Assembly: GCA_049970055.1 (NCBI GenBank)
Contig: JBMFNR010000002.1
Location: 116,406-180,405 of the forward strand
Direction: 5' to 3'
From: Fervidobacterium sp.
Lineage (GTDB): Bacteria > Thermotogota > Thermotogae > Thermotogales > Fervidobacteriaceae
Length of the DNA: 64,000 bases
Part shown: positions 41,265 through 51,649 of the stretch, piece after piece
Layout of the letters: every line of letters begins with the position of its first letter
Position numbering within the stretch: the stretch's first letter is position 1
Notes under the pieces: generated by a model
What the model saw: only the letters and a program-made list of their open reading frames with translations
Told to the model about the DNA's origin: nothing
The model's database searches: none
Translations under genes and position numbers: made by a program

Positions 41265-42444
41265 AACGAATAAAAAAACTATAGTTGTCCTTTATATATT
41301 TATCTATTCCATTGCGTTATTTTCTCAGGATGTTCATTTTCTTATAAAATCCAAATCACCTCAAGGTAGTTTTGTTGGTGCTTATTTTCAAGATGTTGAT
41401 AATGGAAACGTTCTTGCTCAGTACAACGAACAAGACTTATTTATTCCGGCGTCGCTTACAAAGATATTTTCAACACTTGTTGCTTGGGAAGTACTGGGCC
41501 CGGATTTTCGGTATACGACAACGATTTATGTCCCCAGAGGAAATATCTCCCCAGTTATTAATGATGACGTTGTAATAAAAGGTAATGGAGATCCATCTTT
41601 AAGTGTTGATTTACTAAGAGAAAACTTGAAAAAGTTTGTTCTCGAAGGCGTTAAAGAAATTAGAGGAAATATCGTTGTGGACAATTCATTTTTTTCAAAC
41701 GAACGTTGGGGAATTGGTTGGGAATGGGATTACAAAAATCCTAGTGTTGATGCACTTGTACTTAAAGAAAATACTAATTCATTTAATCCATACGATGAAA
41801 ATGCTGTTGCTCGCAATTTTGGTGAAAACGTCATAAAAATCTTAAGAGAGTACGGAATAAAAGTCCAAGGAAAAGCAACTGTGGGGAAGTTTCGTAAAGA
41901 CTACCGGGAGTTTATAGTAATCAAGTCAGTACCACTTGTAAAACTTATAAGTGTCGCAAATAAATTCAGCAGTAATTCATATGCTGAACAAATCCTAAGA
42001 ACTGTAGGGCTTAGAGTTTACAATTATGGAAGCATATATAATTCACTGAAAGTAATGAACGATTTTTATCGCAGGCTTTTCGGTGAGTATTATCCGTTCA
42101 GACTGAATGATGCATGCGGGCTTTCGACCTACAATTTGGTAACACCATATATGGTTGTTAATACATTGATTTATGCCTATAAAAACCACGGTGGGTTAAA
42201 CGGATTTATCTCAACACTTGCCCTTTCGGGGAAGGAAGGTACGATGGAAAAAAGATTGGGTGACATCACAGTGTACGCAAAAACCGGTACTTTGCAAAAA
42301 GTATCAAATATAGCTGGTATTATGATTACGAAAACGGGAAGAAAGGTTGCTTTCTGTATAATGGTTAACAACTTCTTAACACCAACCTATGTGGTGATGA
42401 ATTATCACGATGAGATAATAAGGTATATTTGGAATAATTACTAA
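41230..42444 (+). CDS. dacB: D-Ala-D-Ala carboxypeptidase/endopeptidase (peptidase S13)
   Basis: PASLTK (SxxK), SSN, KTGT, GDPSL. Start uncertain. Confidence 0.9.
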   Translation: MQFKVFIKSLSKTNKKTIVVLYIFIYSIALFSQDVHFLIKSKSPQGSFVGAYFQDVDNGNVLAQYNEQDLFIPASLTKIFSTLVAWEVLGPDFRYTTTIYVPRGNISPVINDDVVIKGNGDPSLSVDLLRENLKKFVLEGVKEIRGNIVVDNSFFSNERWGIGWEWDYKNPSVDALVLKENTNSFNPYDENAVARNFGENVIKILREYGIKVQGKATVGKFRKDYREFIVIKSVPLVKLISVANKFSSNSYAEQILRTVGLRVYNYGSIYNSLKVMNDFYRRLFGEYYPFRLNDACGLSTYNLVTPYMVVNTLIYAYKNHGGLNGFISTLALSGKEGTMEKRLGDITVYAKTGTLQKVSNIAGIMITKTGRKVAFCIMVNNFLTPTYVVMNYHDEIIRYIWNNY

Positions 42445-42459
42445 GAATTAAAGCATGAA

Positions 42460-43371
42460 TCAAAGTATTAATTCGGAAGGGAATGGTTCGAGAAAAGTTT
42501 GACTCATTATATATTCTACTTCGTACCTAATAGCCCATGACTTGAGCAAGACAATTACAGACTGAAGTGCAACAATGCCGCTTTTGTAACCTTCTAGTAA
42601 ATCCATGAAATATGCCTTCTCTTTTTCCGATAGTTTCTCTTTAAAAAAGCCATATAAGTGGAGTAGTGTATTGATGATTTTGTTTGTCTTTACCGGGGTT
42701 TTAAGTGCTTTTATTAGCAACGTACGGTAGCTTTTAAGAGCGTTGTCTTCGAAGTCTTTTTGAGCAACTACTTTTCCAAGTTCTCTCATAATCATTTCAT
42801 TCTTTGCCAGCAAGAGAAACTTATTGCTTGAGTGAAAATCGATAAGTTCCCTTTTCGTTTTTATACTCCTAAATTTAGCTAATGTAAATACAAACGTTAG
42901 GAACTCGTACTTTATCTTTTCGTTAGTTAACCTCATTTCACTCTCAATCATAATGTCTGGAAATTTATCTGTCATCTCTTTCGCAAAGATCCCAGCGGTT
43001 TTTGACAACACTCTCCCGTTTGGGCTATATAGTTTTGCATCGTTTACACCACACGATGGAGACTTTGCTTTCAGTATCATTCCGTCTATACTCATACTGG
43101 AGATTTGATCTGCAAAATTTTTAGAGAAAAGTATCATCTTATCTGTTAGATCAATACTTTGAGATTTATTCATAAGTCTGTAGTTGCCATCTATCAAGAA
43201 TATATCGATCGGCTCTCGAGGAATAGGAAGTCCAATCTCAACTTCCGGACATACTTTTATGAATTCACAGTATTTCTCAAGTTTTCTGACAATGTCACTT
43301 GATATAATACCACCATCGTACCTAGTATGTTCGAAAAAACATTTACTAACAACAATACGCGGTTTTACCAT
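42460..43371 (-). CDS. DUF523 (TudS-like) plus DUF1722 protein
   Basis: VSKC..RYDG, CPEVEIGLPIPR, KSPSCG, FHSSNK, NTLLHLYGFFK. ATG 43371 follows GAGAGGAG. Confidence 0.88.
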   Translation of the reverse strand: MVKPRIVVSKCFFEHTRYDGGIISSDIVRKLEKYCEFIKVCPEVEIGLPIPREPIDIFLIDGNYRLMNKSQSIDLTDKMILFSKNFADQISSMSIDGMILKAKSPSCGVNDAKLYSPNGRVLSKTAGIFAKEMTDKFPDIMIESEMRLTNEKIKYEFLTFVFTLAKFRSIKTKRELIDFHSSNKFLLLAKNEMIMRELGKVVAQKDFEDNALKSYRTLLIKALKTPVKTNKIINTLLHLYGFFKEKLSEKEKAYFMDLLEGYKSGIVALQSVIVLLKSWAIRYEVEYIMSQTFLEPFPSELIL

Positions 43372-43496
43372 AAATTTTTCTCCTCTCACTCGCCATGTTG
43401 TGGCAATTTGTGATATAATATAATATAAAAATGTACTAAATGCACTAAAATATCTTGCTATATTATACCACAAAATGTGAGGGGGTGTATACAAAG

Positions 43497-43685
43497 ATGG
43501 ATAAATTGAATAAAAAAGAAATAGTCTTTAAGGTACTTGCTGAAAGTAAAGAACCTCTCAGACCCGGTGACATTGCCGAAAAATCAGGTCTATCGAAAGA
43601 GGATATTGACAAAGCAATTAAAGAGCTCAAAAAAGAAGGAAAGATAGAATCCCCAAAGAGATGTTATTACCAAGCTAAAAAATAA
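43497..43685 (+). CDS. Small winged-helix protein
   Basis: PLRPGDIAEKSGLSKEDIDKAIKELKKEGKIESPKRCYY; GAGGGGG RBS. Confidence 0.8.
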   Translation: MDKLNKKEIVFKVLAESKEPLRPGDIAEKSGLSKEDIDKAIKELKKEGKIESPKRCYYQAKK

Positions 43686-43719
43686 AATCCACTACGTAAA
43701 ATCCATTTGTAAAAAGTAG

Positions 43720-45546
43720 GTGCTTTCATTGGCGAGGTTTCAAAGAATAGTTGTTTTATTATTTGCAATTTTAATTGCACATTTTGTTTTAGCACTTCCG
43801 TTCTATTCCCACAATTATGTTGCCATCCTTTCTGATTTGCATCATCCATATTTTAAGAAAACGATAGACACAACATTGCATGAGTTGTTAAAGATTCGCC
43901 CGATGCACGTATTTATTCTTGGTGATCTTACGGAAATGGGCAAAGATAGTGAGTTTGAAAGTCTTTCGAAGTCGTTATCTGTATTAATAGACAGCAAGAT
44001 AAGCTATAATACGCTTCTCGGTAATCACGATGTCCGTTGGGCTGATAAGATTCGAAAAACGACACGAATATCGAATGCACTTTATGAAATTTTCCGTGTA
44101 GATATCGATAAGTTATCATTTATGTCAGTAGATACCTCCATGTATTTTCAACATTTAGGCCATATAACGGATGTCCAAATTGAGTGGATAGAAAAACAGC
44201 TGGAAGAATGTAGAAAGGAAGGTAAGGTGGCAATTTTGCTCTCTCACCATCCTTTTGGTGGCCCTGTTGATTACACTGACGACGGTTGGAAATTGATGAA
44301 AATCGTAAAAAGGTACAATGTTCCGCTGATTTTATATGGTCATACGCATAAGTATGATTACTTTGGCACTTATGATGGAATTTTTATACAAAGTGTTGGA
44401 GCGACCCAGGAAGGTTGGATTACAATACTTAGTTGGGACAATGATAATATCTATATTTGGAAGAAAAATGCAATTCAAAACGAAGATTACAAACTCGTAA
44501 GAAAAATATCTATGAAGAAAAGCTTTATTGAAGATCAAGACAAGGAAAAAGAGACAAAGGTAAATTCAAAGTATTTAAGAGAATTATTCTCGTATAAACT
44601 CCCAAATAGTATATTTTCTCAGCCAATAGTTTACAATAACAGATTCTATGTTGTTGATTACTCTGGGGATATAATTTGCCTTGATACAACCGGTAATATT
44701 GTGTGGAAAAACACTATAGGCCCAATTTTGGCGAATTTAGAAATATCAAATAACATACTGTTTGCTGGCAGTATCGATGGAATACTTTATTTCTTCGATC
44801 CAAAAAATGGAGTAGTAAAAGGTACGATGAACTTAAAGTTTCCAATATTTTCTTTAAAGTCGAGTGAGAATTCTCCATTACTTTTAATCGGCGCCGGTGA
44901 ACATCTAATAATTTTTGACACAAAAGAATCAAAAATAAGAACTCAGTACGATGCAAAAGGTACGGTTCAATCACCAGCATTTTACTCAAACGGTAAATTT
45001 TTTCAAACCACATGGAGTGGCGATGTACTGATAGTAGATAGCAATGGGGTTCTCTTGAAAAAACTACAAGTCGGTTCTGGTTATTATACTCCCGGTGGTA
45101 TAATACCACTTGTAATAGATGATTTTTTGTTTGTAACTAATCCTTCCGGAGTTGTACAATCGTACAATTGGAAAACTCTCGAGAAAGTATGGGAAGTTAG
45201 AGGTCTTAAAACAGGTTACTCCGGTATCGAAAAATTAGATAAAATCCTTATAACCGCAGGAATAAATGGTACGATATATGCATTAAATTCAATAGACGGA
45301 AAAATTCTTTGGCAAGTTAAGACAAATTCCCCGATCTATTCGATTCTTCCAACTATTTTTCCCGATGGTAGGATAGTTGTAGGTACTACAAGAGGCGAAA
45401 TCGTAATGATTTCAAAAAATGGGAAACTCCTGGAAAAAATCGAAGTTTACAGATCATATCTGATTAAAGAGATATTGTTCATTGATAACATGCTTTTTCT
45501 TACTTTCACGGATGGTACAATTAAAGTTTTTCTTGTCTTGAAATAA
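43720..45546 (+). CDS. Exported metallophosphoesterase with PQQ-like beta-propeller
   Basis: SDLH, GDLT, GNHD, GHTH. Repeated G...W blades in the C-terminal half; signal peptide. Confidence 0.85.
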   Translation: MLSLARFQRIVVLLFAILIAHFVLALPFYSHNYVAILSDLHHPYFKKTIDTTLHELLKIRPMHVFILGDLTEMGKDSEFESLSKSLSVLIDSKISYNTLLGNHDVRWADKIRKTTRISNALYEIFRVDIDKLSFMSVDTSMYFQHLGHITDVQIEWIEKQLEECRKEGKVAILLSHHPFGGPVDYTDDGWKLMKIVKRYNVPLILYGHTHKYDYFGTYDGIFIQSVGATQEGWITILSWDNDNIYIWKKNAIQNEDYKLVRKISMKKSFIEDQDKEKETKVNSKYLRELFSYKLPNSIFSQPIVYNNRFYVVDYSGDIICLDTTGNIVWKNTIGPILANLEISNNILFAGSIDGILYFFDPKNGVVKGTMNLKFPIFSLKSSENSPLLLIGAGEHLIIFDTKESKIRTQYDAKGTVQSPAFYSNGKFFQTTWSGDVLIVDSNGVLLKKLQVGSGYYTPGGIIPLVIDDFLFVTNPSGVVQSYNWKTLEKVWEVRGLKTGYSGIEKLDKILITAGINGTIYALNSIDGKILWQVKTNSPIYSILPTIFPDGRIVVGTTRGEIVMISKNGKLLEKIEVYRSYLIKEILFIDNMLFLTFTDGTIKVFLVLK

Positions 45547-45575
45547 AAAAGAGCCTACCGCTTTCGGTAGGCTGC
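45545..45575. terminator. Terminator hairpin between convergent genes
   Basis: AGCCTACCG-CTTT-CGGTAGGCT preceded by an A-run. Confidence 0.75.
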
Positions 45576-45606
45576 TTATAGGTTATTTTCATAAGTTATT
45601 TAAGTC

Positions 45607-47343
45607 TTACTCTAATTTAAATTTTTCTATCTCACTTTTTAGTTGAGTGAATGCACTCAAGATATTATCAATCTTTCTTGATATTTCATCCAATTGGCCT
45701 TTTAAATTTCTCATCGCATTCGCTATATCATCGCCTTGCATGGATATTCTGGAAATGCTTTCAGTTATTTCGTTTGCACCACTTCTCATTTCCTCAGCAG
45801 AAGCGTTCTGTTCTTCACTGTGTGCTGCGAGTGTATCGATCGATGAAGAAAGTTCATCAATAGCTTTTTGTAGGTAACTGAATGTATCAAACAATTTTTC
45901 ATATCCTTCTTCAGTTGAAATTATTTCTTTTCTCAAGTGTTCTATCTGTTGGTTAAGGCTTTTTGAAGATTGTTCGATCAGCGCAATTGTTGATGTAATC
46001 GTGTCTGTTGACTTCTTTGTCTCTTCCGCAAGTTTCCTGATTTCGTCGGCGACCACAGCAAACCCTCTTCCAGCTTCACCAGCTCTTGCAGCTTCAATTG
46101 CGGCGTTGAGCGCAAGTAAGTTTGTTTGCTCCGCTATGGATCGAACTGTTTCAATAATGTTTCCTATGTTCTTTGTAGCTTCAGTAAGTTCCATTATTCC
46201 ACTTTCTAAATTTTCATACTCTCGGACAAATCCAGTCGTTATATTTCTAACCCTTTCAAGTTCATCTACACTTGATTTTGACTTCTGGTCCAACGTATCA
46301 GCTAATCTTTGAACGTTTACTGCGAGATCTGCAAGCGATTGAGACTGATAAGATAACTGTTCGATGTTAGCTGAAATTTCTTCTACCGAACTTGTGATTC
46401 TTTCAATTCCTTGTTGTTGTACATTTACTGCCTCGAATGTTTGATTTGCAACAATCTCAAAACCATCGAATGTCTTGTTTAAATCATTGAGAACTTGTGC
46501 GGAATTCTCAGACATGTTGCCAGTGTCTTTAATAATTTTGCTAATACCTTTTGTTGCGAGATTGAGTTCGTTTGCTATATACCTAAATTCATCAACAGAT
46601 TCAACAGATAATCTTTTCGATAAATCACCTTTCGAAATTTTATCGAGAACATCAATTATATTTGGAATGCTTCTCAGTATCCTCTTTGTTAAGAAAATAA
46701 CTGATGTAGCAAGGATTACGTTAAGACCCAAACTTGTGATAACGAAATTTTTTTGAACGTCTGTTGGAAGTCCAACTTTGAGTATTAGGTATTTTAATAG
46801 TATTGGGGCAATCCATAAAGAAACTGCCAACACTCCGAGTACTAACTTAAGTGATATCGGTATCATTACATTTTTGTACCTTTCACCTAAGTGTTCTTTT
46901 AACAAACTTGCTCTGGAGTACAATGCAATAAATATTGCAACTATAATTAAGTTGATTGCTAAAGCGCCGGATAACCTCAGCATTAGAGTTTCTTCGGGTA
47001 AAGACTTCAAATACTTAGCGAATATCCCAACAAGTGTTGCTGCAACAAAATTCATGGCAAAAAGAAGTACAGCTAACGATATCGGAAGATTAAAAGTACC
47101 ACTTTTCAAAGAGGTTACCGTCAATTTTCCTGAAATAAAAAGCGTTAACAAACCAAATGTCACAAGAGAAATGATGTATCCTAACAAAATTATCCATACT
47201 GGGTAACTTCCAAGTCCAGCGAAAATATAGTATGAAAATAATAGAGCAGGAGGATCTACCAGCAATAGTATAATCAGTATACTTTTCACCACGTGGTTCT
47301 TAAAGTTTTTCACAACTTGCTCACTTAAATCGTTAATATGCAT
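45607..47343 (-). CDS. Methyl-accepting chemotaxis protein
   Basis: Multi-TM N-terminus, [42 protein letters not shown]. Confidence 0.95.
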   Translation of the reverse strand: MHINDLSEQVVKNFKNHVVKSILIILLLVDPPALLFSYYIFAGLGSYPVWIILLGYIISLVTFGLLTLFISGKLTVTSLKSGTFNLPISLAVLLFAMNFVAATLVGIFAKYLKSLPEETLMLRLSGALAINLIIVAIFIALYSRASLLKEHLGERYKNVMIPISLKLVLGVLAVSLWIAPILLKYLILKVGLPTDVQKNFVITSLGLNVILATSVIFLTKRILRSIPNIIDVLDKISKGDLSKRLSVESVDEFRYIANELNLATKGISKIIKDTGNMSENSAQVLNDLNKTFDGFEIVANQTFEAVNVQQQGIERITSSVEEISANIEQLSYQSQSLADLAVNVQRLADTLDQKSKSSVDELERVRNITTGFVREYENLESGIMELTEATKNIGNIIETVRSIAEQTNLLALNAAIEAARAGEAGRGFAVVADEIRKLAEETKKSTDTITSTIALIEQSSKSLNQQIEHLRKEIISTEEGYEKLFDTFSYLQKAIDELSSSIDTLAAHSEEQNASAEEMRSGANEITESISRISMQGDDIANAMRNLKGQLDEISRKIDNILSAFTQLKSEIEKFKLE

Positions 47344-47547
47344 TTTGTCACCTCCAGTTTAAAATAGCTAATATCTGACAATACTATTATATTATAGTAC
47401 AAAATTTCATCGTGAATCTGTGAGAATTATTAAATTTGGTTAAATAAACGTTTAAATAATTTCATATTTATTATGATATAATCTGATTCACCAAGTTGAT
47501 TCACATTATGCTACAATACACTGTATACTGTACTTGGAGGTATTTTT

Positions 47548-48270
47548 ATGATATTGTGTTTTGGTGATAGCATAACAGAAGGTAAACCTGGTGTATCGTA
47601 TGTTAAATATCTCGGCAAAAACTTTCATAATTACGGGCTTGGCGGAGACACGGTGATTAATTTAAAAAAACGAATTGAGACATTTATGGGTACTCAAGTT
47701 AATAGTCAAGAGAATCGTGTTGAAAAGTTCATTATTCAAATTGGTACAAATGACATATTGTTACCCTTTTTAATAAATTACTCGTCTCGATGGAGTATCG
47801 CTATAGAAAAGGTCATTTTGTCCGGAAGGGTTCCGAGTAAAGATATCTTAGAGTTTGAGGAAAACTACAGAGAAATTGCCAAAAGGATTGGAAATGATGG
47901 TATATATGTGAGTATTCCTTGCATTGGCGAAGATCTGGAGAATGAGTTGAATAAGAAAGTTGATGAATACAACACTGTTATCAAAAAAATTTGCATGGAG
48001 AGAAATCTTCAGTACATTGATTTTAATTCATGGCAAAAAGCTGTTATTGGATTAAATGAATCAAAAAAACGGTACTTTATTTCGAAAAATCCTTTAATAA
48101 TGGTTCTTGACTCACTCTTTGTTACCACACCACTTACTTGTAGTATCATAAGTAAAGTAAGAAACTTAAAAACAACAATTGATGGTGTGCATCTAAATAC
48201 TTTTGGAGCGAAAAAATTGGCAAAGCTAATTTTGTCAAGTATCGAAAATACCTATCGAAAAGTTGAATAA
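47548..48270 (+). CDS. SGNH/GDSL hydrolase
   Basis: GDSITEG, GLGGDT, IGTND, DGVH. Confidence 0.9.
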   Translation: MILCFGDSITEGKPGVSYVKYLGKNFHNYGLGGDTVINLKKRIETFMGTQVNSQENRVEKFIIQIGTNDILLPFLINYSSRWSIAIEKVILSGRVPSKDILEFEENYREIAKRIGNDGIYVSIPCIGEDLENELNKKVDEYNTVIKKICMERNLQYIDFNSWQKAVIGLNESKKRYFISKNPLIMVLDSLFVTTPLTCSIISKVRNLKTTIDGVHLNTFGAKKLAKLILSSIENTYRKVE

Positions 48271-48303
48271 AAATCAGGCAGGAAATACCTGCCTGATTTT
48301 TTT
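48268..48303. terminator. Bidirectional intrinsic terminator
   Basis: AAAAATCAGGCAGG-AAATA-CCTGCCTGATTTTT between convergent genes. Confidence 0.85.
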
Positions 48304-48312
48304 GATAATTGA

Positions 48313-49380
48313 TCAAACCTTTAATATTTGTTTTATATCTTCATCGGGGGTGCTTATTAGCTTTAGATCATAATTTTTGACTAATACATCAAGTATGTCT
48401 TTGTTGACCCATGCTGGTAATACCGGCCCTATGTATATTCCTTTCAGTCCAAGCGCTAAAAGTGTCCAGAGAATTGCTACTGCTTTCTGTTCCATCCATG
48501 TTAGGACAAGTGTTAACGGAAGCTCGGTTACCTTTACACCAAAAACATCAGCTAGTGCCATCGCAATTTCAAGTGCAACGATAGTATCGTTACATTGCCC
48601 CACATCTATGAGTCTTGGTATTCCTTCAATATCTCCAAGCTGCAAGTCATTTATTCTGAACTTTCCGCATGCAAGCGTAATAACAACGGTATCTTTTGGT
48701 AATTTTTGTACAAATTCTCTATAGTATGCGCCACGTTTTGTAGGTGTATCACAACCGCCTACGACCAAGAAGTGCCTAATTTTACCTACTTCTACAAGTT
48801 CTTTTATCTTTCCTGCAAGTGATTTTACAACACTTGCGGAATATCCAGTTTGTAGCTTGTAATTACCTGGTTGTTCTGGTAGTTTCGGCAGTGATTTTGC
48901 TTTAGCTATGACCTCCGAGTAATCGTATCCATCAATATGTCTCACTCCTGGAAGCTTGGCGATTGATGTTGTGAACATACGATCTTTGTAAGAATCTTTT
49001 GGAATGAGTACACAGTTACTTGTACCTAAAATCGCTGCGGGATATTTGTTGAAAAGATCCCTCTGGTCATACCAAGCTGCCCCAAGATTTCCTGCTAAAT
49101 TTTTGTATTTTCTCAATCCTGGATATCCATGCGCGGGTAGCATTTCCGAATGCGTATAAACGTATATATCTGTTCCTTCTACTTGTTTGAGTAATTCTTC
49201 CAATGCTTTTAAGTTATGACCTGTAACAATAATACCGTGCCCATGCTTCGTGCCCGTTTCAACTTCCGTTGGAGTTGGTTCTCCGTACGTTTCAATATGC
49301 GCTTTCTTCAGAAGTTGCATAACTTTGAAATTCATCATTCCAGCTTCGAGGGCTTTTTTTACAAAGTCTTCTCCATCAAA
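48313..49380 (-). pseudogene. hcp: Hybrid cluster protein (hydroxylamine reductase), 5' truncated
   Basis: [41 protein letters not shown] are present. The N-terminal Cys cluster (MFCxQC..GC..GxCGK) and an RBS are missing. Confidence 0.88.
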
Positions 49381-49382
49381 AT

Positions 49383-49835
49383 ATAGCACCAAAACTACTA
49401 GCAGCAGCGGTTATATTTTCCTCAGAACCAAGGTACCCCGTTGATGTTGAGACAGTAAAACCATCGATTTTTTTGAGAATTGAGAAAAATACGTTTGTTC
49501 AATATCTTATGAAAAGTGGAACATTGCTGAAAAATTACCTAAGAATTGTAAGTGATGACTTTACATTTATCACTGAGAGATTCTACGAAATTGCCATGAA
49601 AAATTTAGTCCAAAAAGTATGTTCATATCTTGTAAGACTCATGGATACACAACAATCTCAGCAAGTTACAATGGATATGACAAAAGAAGAACTTGCGAGA
49701 CAATTCGGCGTAACACGTCCCGCTCTTTCAAGAGTGTTTGCTGAACTCGAAAAACTAGGAATCATTGAAACTGATGGAAAAGTAGTAAAGGTACTCAAAG
49801 AAAAGTACATGAGAGACCAAGCGGAATTTGGTTAA
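49383..49835 (+). pseudogene. Crp/Fnr family regulator (HcpR-like), 5' truncated
   Basis: In frame from [24 protein letters not shown] (middle of the cNMP-binding domain) to the HTH TKEELARQFGVTRPALSR. No N-terminus. Confidence 0.82.
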
Positions 49836-49855
49836 TTCGTTGATACTACATAAAA

Positions 49856-50411
49856 TTATTTCCTTTGAGTAATTTTTTCAAGCAATATATCATATATTGA
49901 CTCAGTGCCTACAATTTCCGTAAGTGTATAAGAAAGTATAGAGACAAGTGTTGAACCTAAGAATATCGGTACCATCTGAACCATTTCAATTACAAGTATG
50001 ATGCCTGTTAACGGAGCTTTTACAACTGCTGAGAAAGAGCCTAATATACCAAGGATTATGAAACTATGCCAGAAAGGTGAAAGGCTCGGAATAAAATATG
50101 TAAAAACTTCAAAGAAGCTCATAACTATGGTTGCTCCTATGGAGAGTATAGGTAAGAATATACCTCCTGGTGCATCGGAAGTATACGAAATAAGCGTGAA
50201 CGAAAATTTTAGAAAGAGTAAGGCAAAATCAAAAGAACGAGTGAAAATCTGTGGAATTTAATGTAAATAAGGATGAAAGCGAGAGATTTGAGAGCATCTT
50301 CATCCTCCAATTTTCTATGTGAGTTAGCAAAATGCGATAACATGCTACAACAAAACCGGTGGTCACGCCAGTCAAAATACTAAAACTACTTAGCCGCATA
50401 CATGTCCTCAT
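49856..50411 (-). pseudogene. ClC H+/Cl- transporter remnant with large internal deletion
   Basis: N-terminal fragment (ILTGVTTGFVVACYR) shifts near 50260 into KFSFTLISY..APGGIFLP..VVKAPLTGIILVIEM..SIYDILL. GSGIP and GREGP motifs are absent. Confidence 0.82.
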
Positions 50412-51166
50412 AAATGGTCTCCCTTGTATCTATACTTAAGATCAATTAATTTTTTTAGATTCTCACCTTCGATTGGTACCAGGTCACCTTCTTTGGGTGA
50501 AAGTGAGATATCGATGGGACCATGTGAAATGCGTGTTAATTCAATCACTGAATTACCGATGTACGCCATTAATCTTTTCACTTCATGTTTTTTACCTTTA
50601 ATCATCGTTATTTTAACAATAGAATGTTTATCTGTATAGCTTAATATTTCAATGTCTTCACACTTTAGAAACTCTCCGTTGTCCTTTATGCCGTTTTTTA
50701 TACGTGATATGTTTTCTATATTTACTCTCCCTTGAACTTTAGCAATATAGACTTTTTCTACACCGAATTTTGCACTGGTCAATATGTTCAGTAACTGTCC
50801 GTCGTTTGTTAAGATAAGCACTCCGTTAACATCTTTGTCTAATCTTCCGGCAGGTTTTATTTTTAATGCAACCTCTGGAGGTAATTTTTTTGAGATTAGT
50901 TTTCCTATGGTATTTCTCTGCTTTGGGTCTTTTAAGGTGCTGACGTAACCTTTGGGCTTATGCAAAATGTAATAGTACATCCTTGATGTAAAATGGGTAA
51001 ATTTTTGATTATCAACAGTAACAACATCTTTTTCATCCACATCGTACCAAGGCTCAGTAACAATTGAATTATTCACTTGAACATCTCCATTGATTATAAG
51101 CAAATCTGCTTTTCTTCTCGAAAAACCTAAGTTTTGAAGAACTTTTTGAAGTTTGATATAACCCAC
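50408..51166 (-). CDS. rRNA pseudouridine synthase, RsuA/RluB family
   Basis: S4 domain (SRRKAD), HKPKGY, AGRLDKD, LTNDG, GKKHEVKR. Confidence 0.9.
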   Translation of the reverse strand: MGYIKLQKVLQNLGFSRRKADLLIINGDVQVNNSIVTEPWYDVDEKDVVTVDNQKFTHFTSRMYYYILHKPKGYVSTLKDPKQRNTIGKLISKKLPPEVALKIKPAGRLDKDVNGVLILTNDGQLLNILTSAKFGVEKVYIAKVQGRVNIENISRIKNGIKDNGEFLKCEDIEILSYTDKHSIVKITMIKGKKHEVKRLMAYIGNSVIELTRISHGPIDISLSPKEGDLVPIEGENLKKLIDLKYRYKGDHL

Positions 51167-51344
51167 TCCTTGTATTTGTGTTATTAGCCATTAAAATCAT
51201 TATAGCATTGAAAGTGTATAATGTCTTTAAATTATTCAGAATACTCAAAGAGCCCAAGAAGAGTTTAAAATGAAAAGAGAAAACACTCGGAAGACTGGTG
51301 GCAAATCTCTGGAAAATGTCCGACAAATTTCTGAAGAATTTCTA

Positions 51345-51373
51345 TTGACTTTTTAAAATAGAAATTGTAAAAT
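51345..51373 (+). promoter_or_regulatory. Sigma70-type promoter of leader/ABC operon
   Basis: TTGACT-17 nt-TAAAAT. Confidence 0.65.
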
Positions 51374-51443
51374 ATGCCTAAATTACAAATTTTAGAAAAA
51401 ACTATACAAAAATTACGCAAATATGCAAAAGGGAGGGTTGTCC

Positions 51444-51527
51444 ATGAGAATAAGTCGTTTGGAAAGTAGAAGTTCAATATTTTTATGTTGGACAACCCAG
51501 TGGTTTGCTTTGGATAATTCACAGTAG
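51444..51527 (+). CDS. Putative leader peptide (27 aa) MRISRLESRSSIFLCWTTQWFALDNSQ
   Basis: GGGAGG RBS at 51431-51436, ATG 51444, TAG 51525-51527. Contains the switch arm GGACAACCC. Confidence 0.65.
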   Translation: MRISRLESRSSIFLCWTTQWFALDNSQ

Positions 51528-51583
51528 TTTTTGATTTCTACAAAATATAGATGTAGAGTGAACATATAAGGACAGAAAAGTAT

Positions 51584-51620
51584 AAAAACTCCACGGGTTG
51601 TCTCGTGGAGTTTTTTCTTT
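51584..51620 (+). terminator. Intrinsic terminator (attenuator) in the ABC exporter leader
   Basis: AAAAACTCCACG-GGTTGTCT-CGTGGAGTTTTTT plus a further T-run, 30 nt before the ATG. Confidence 0.85.
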
Positions 51621-51649
51621 TTTACTTTCCGAATTTGGAGGTGGATACT

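Noticed and set aside
51069..51522. Two 85-aa minus-strand ORFs
   Set aside because: No motifs; they overlap promoter/leader DNA and the pseudouridine synthase start.
51605..51649. Track start of ABC subunit A at GTG 51605
   Set aside because: Lies within the terminator stem. The RBS supports ATG 51650.
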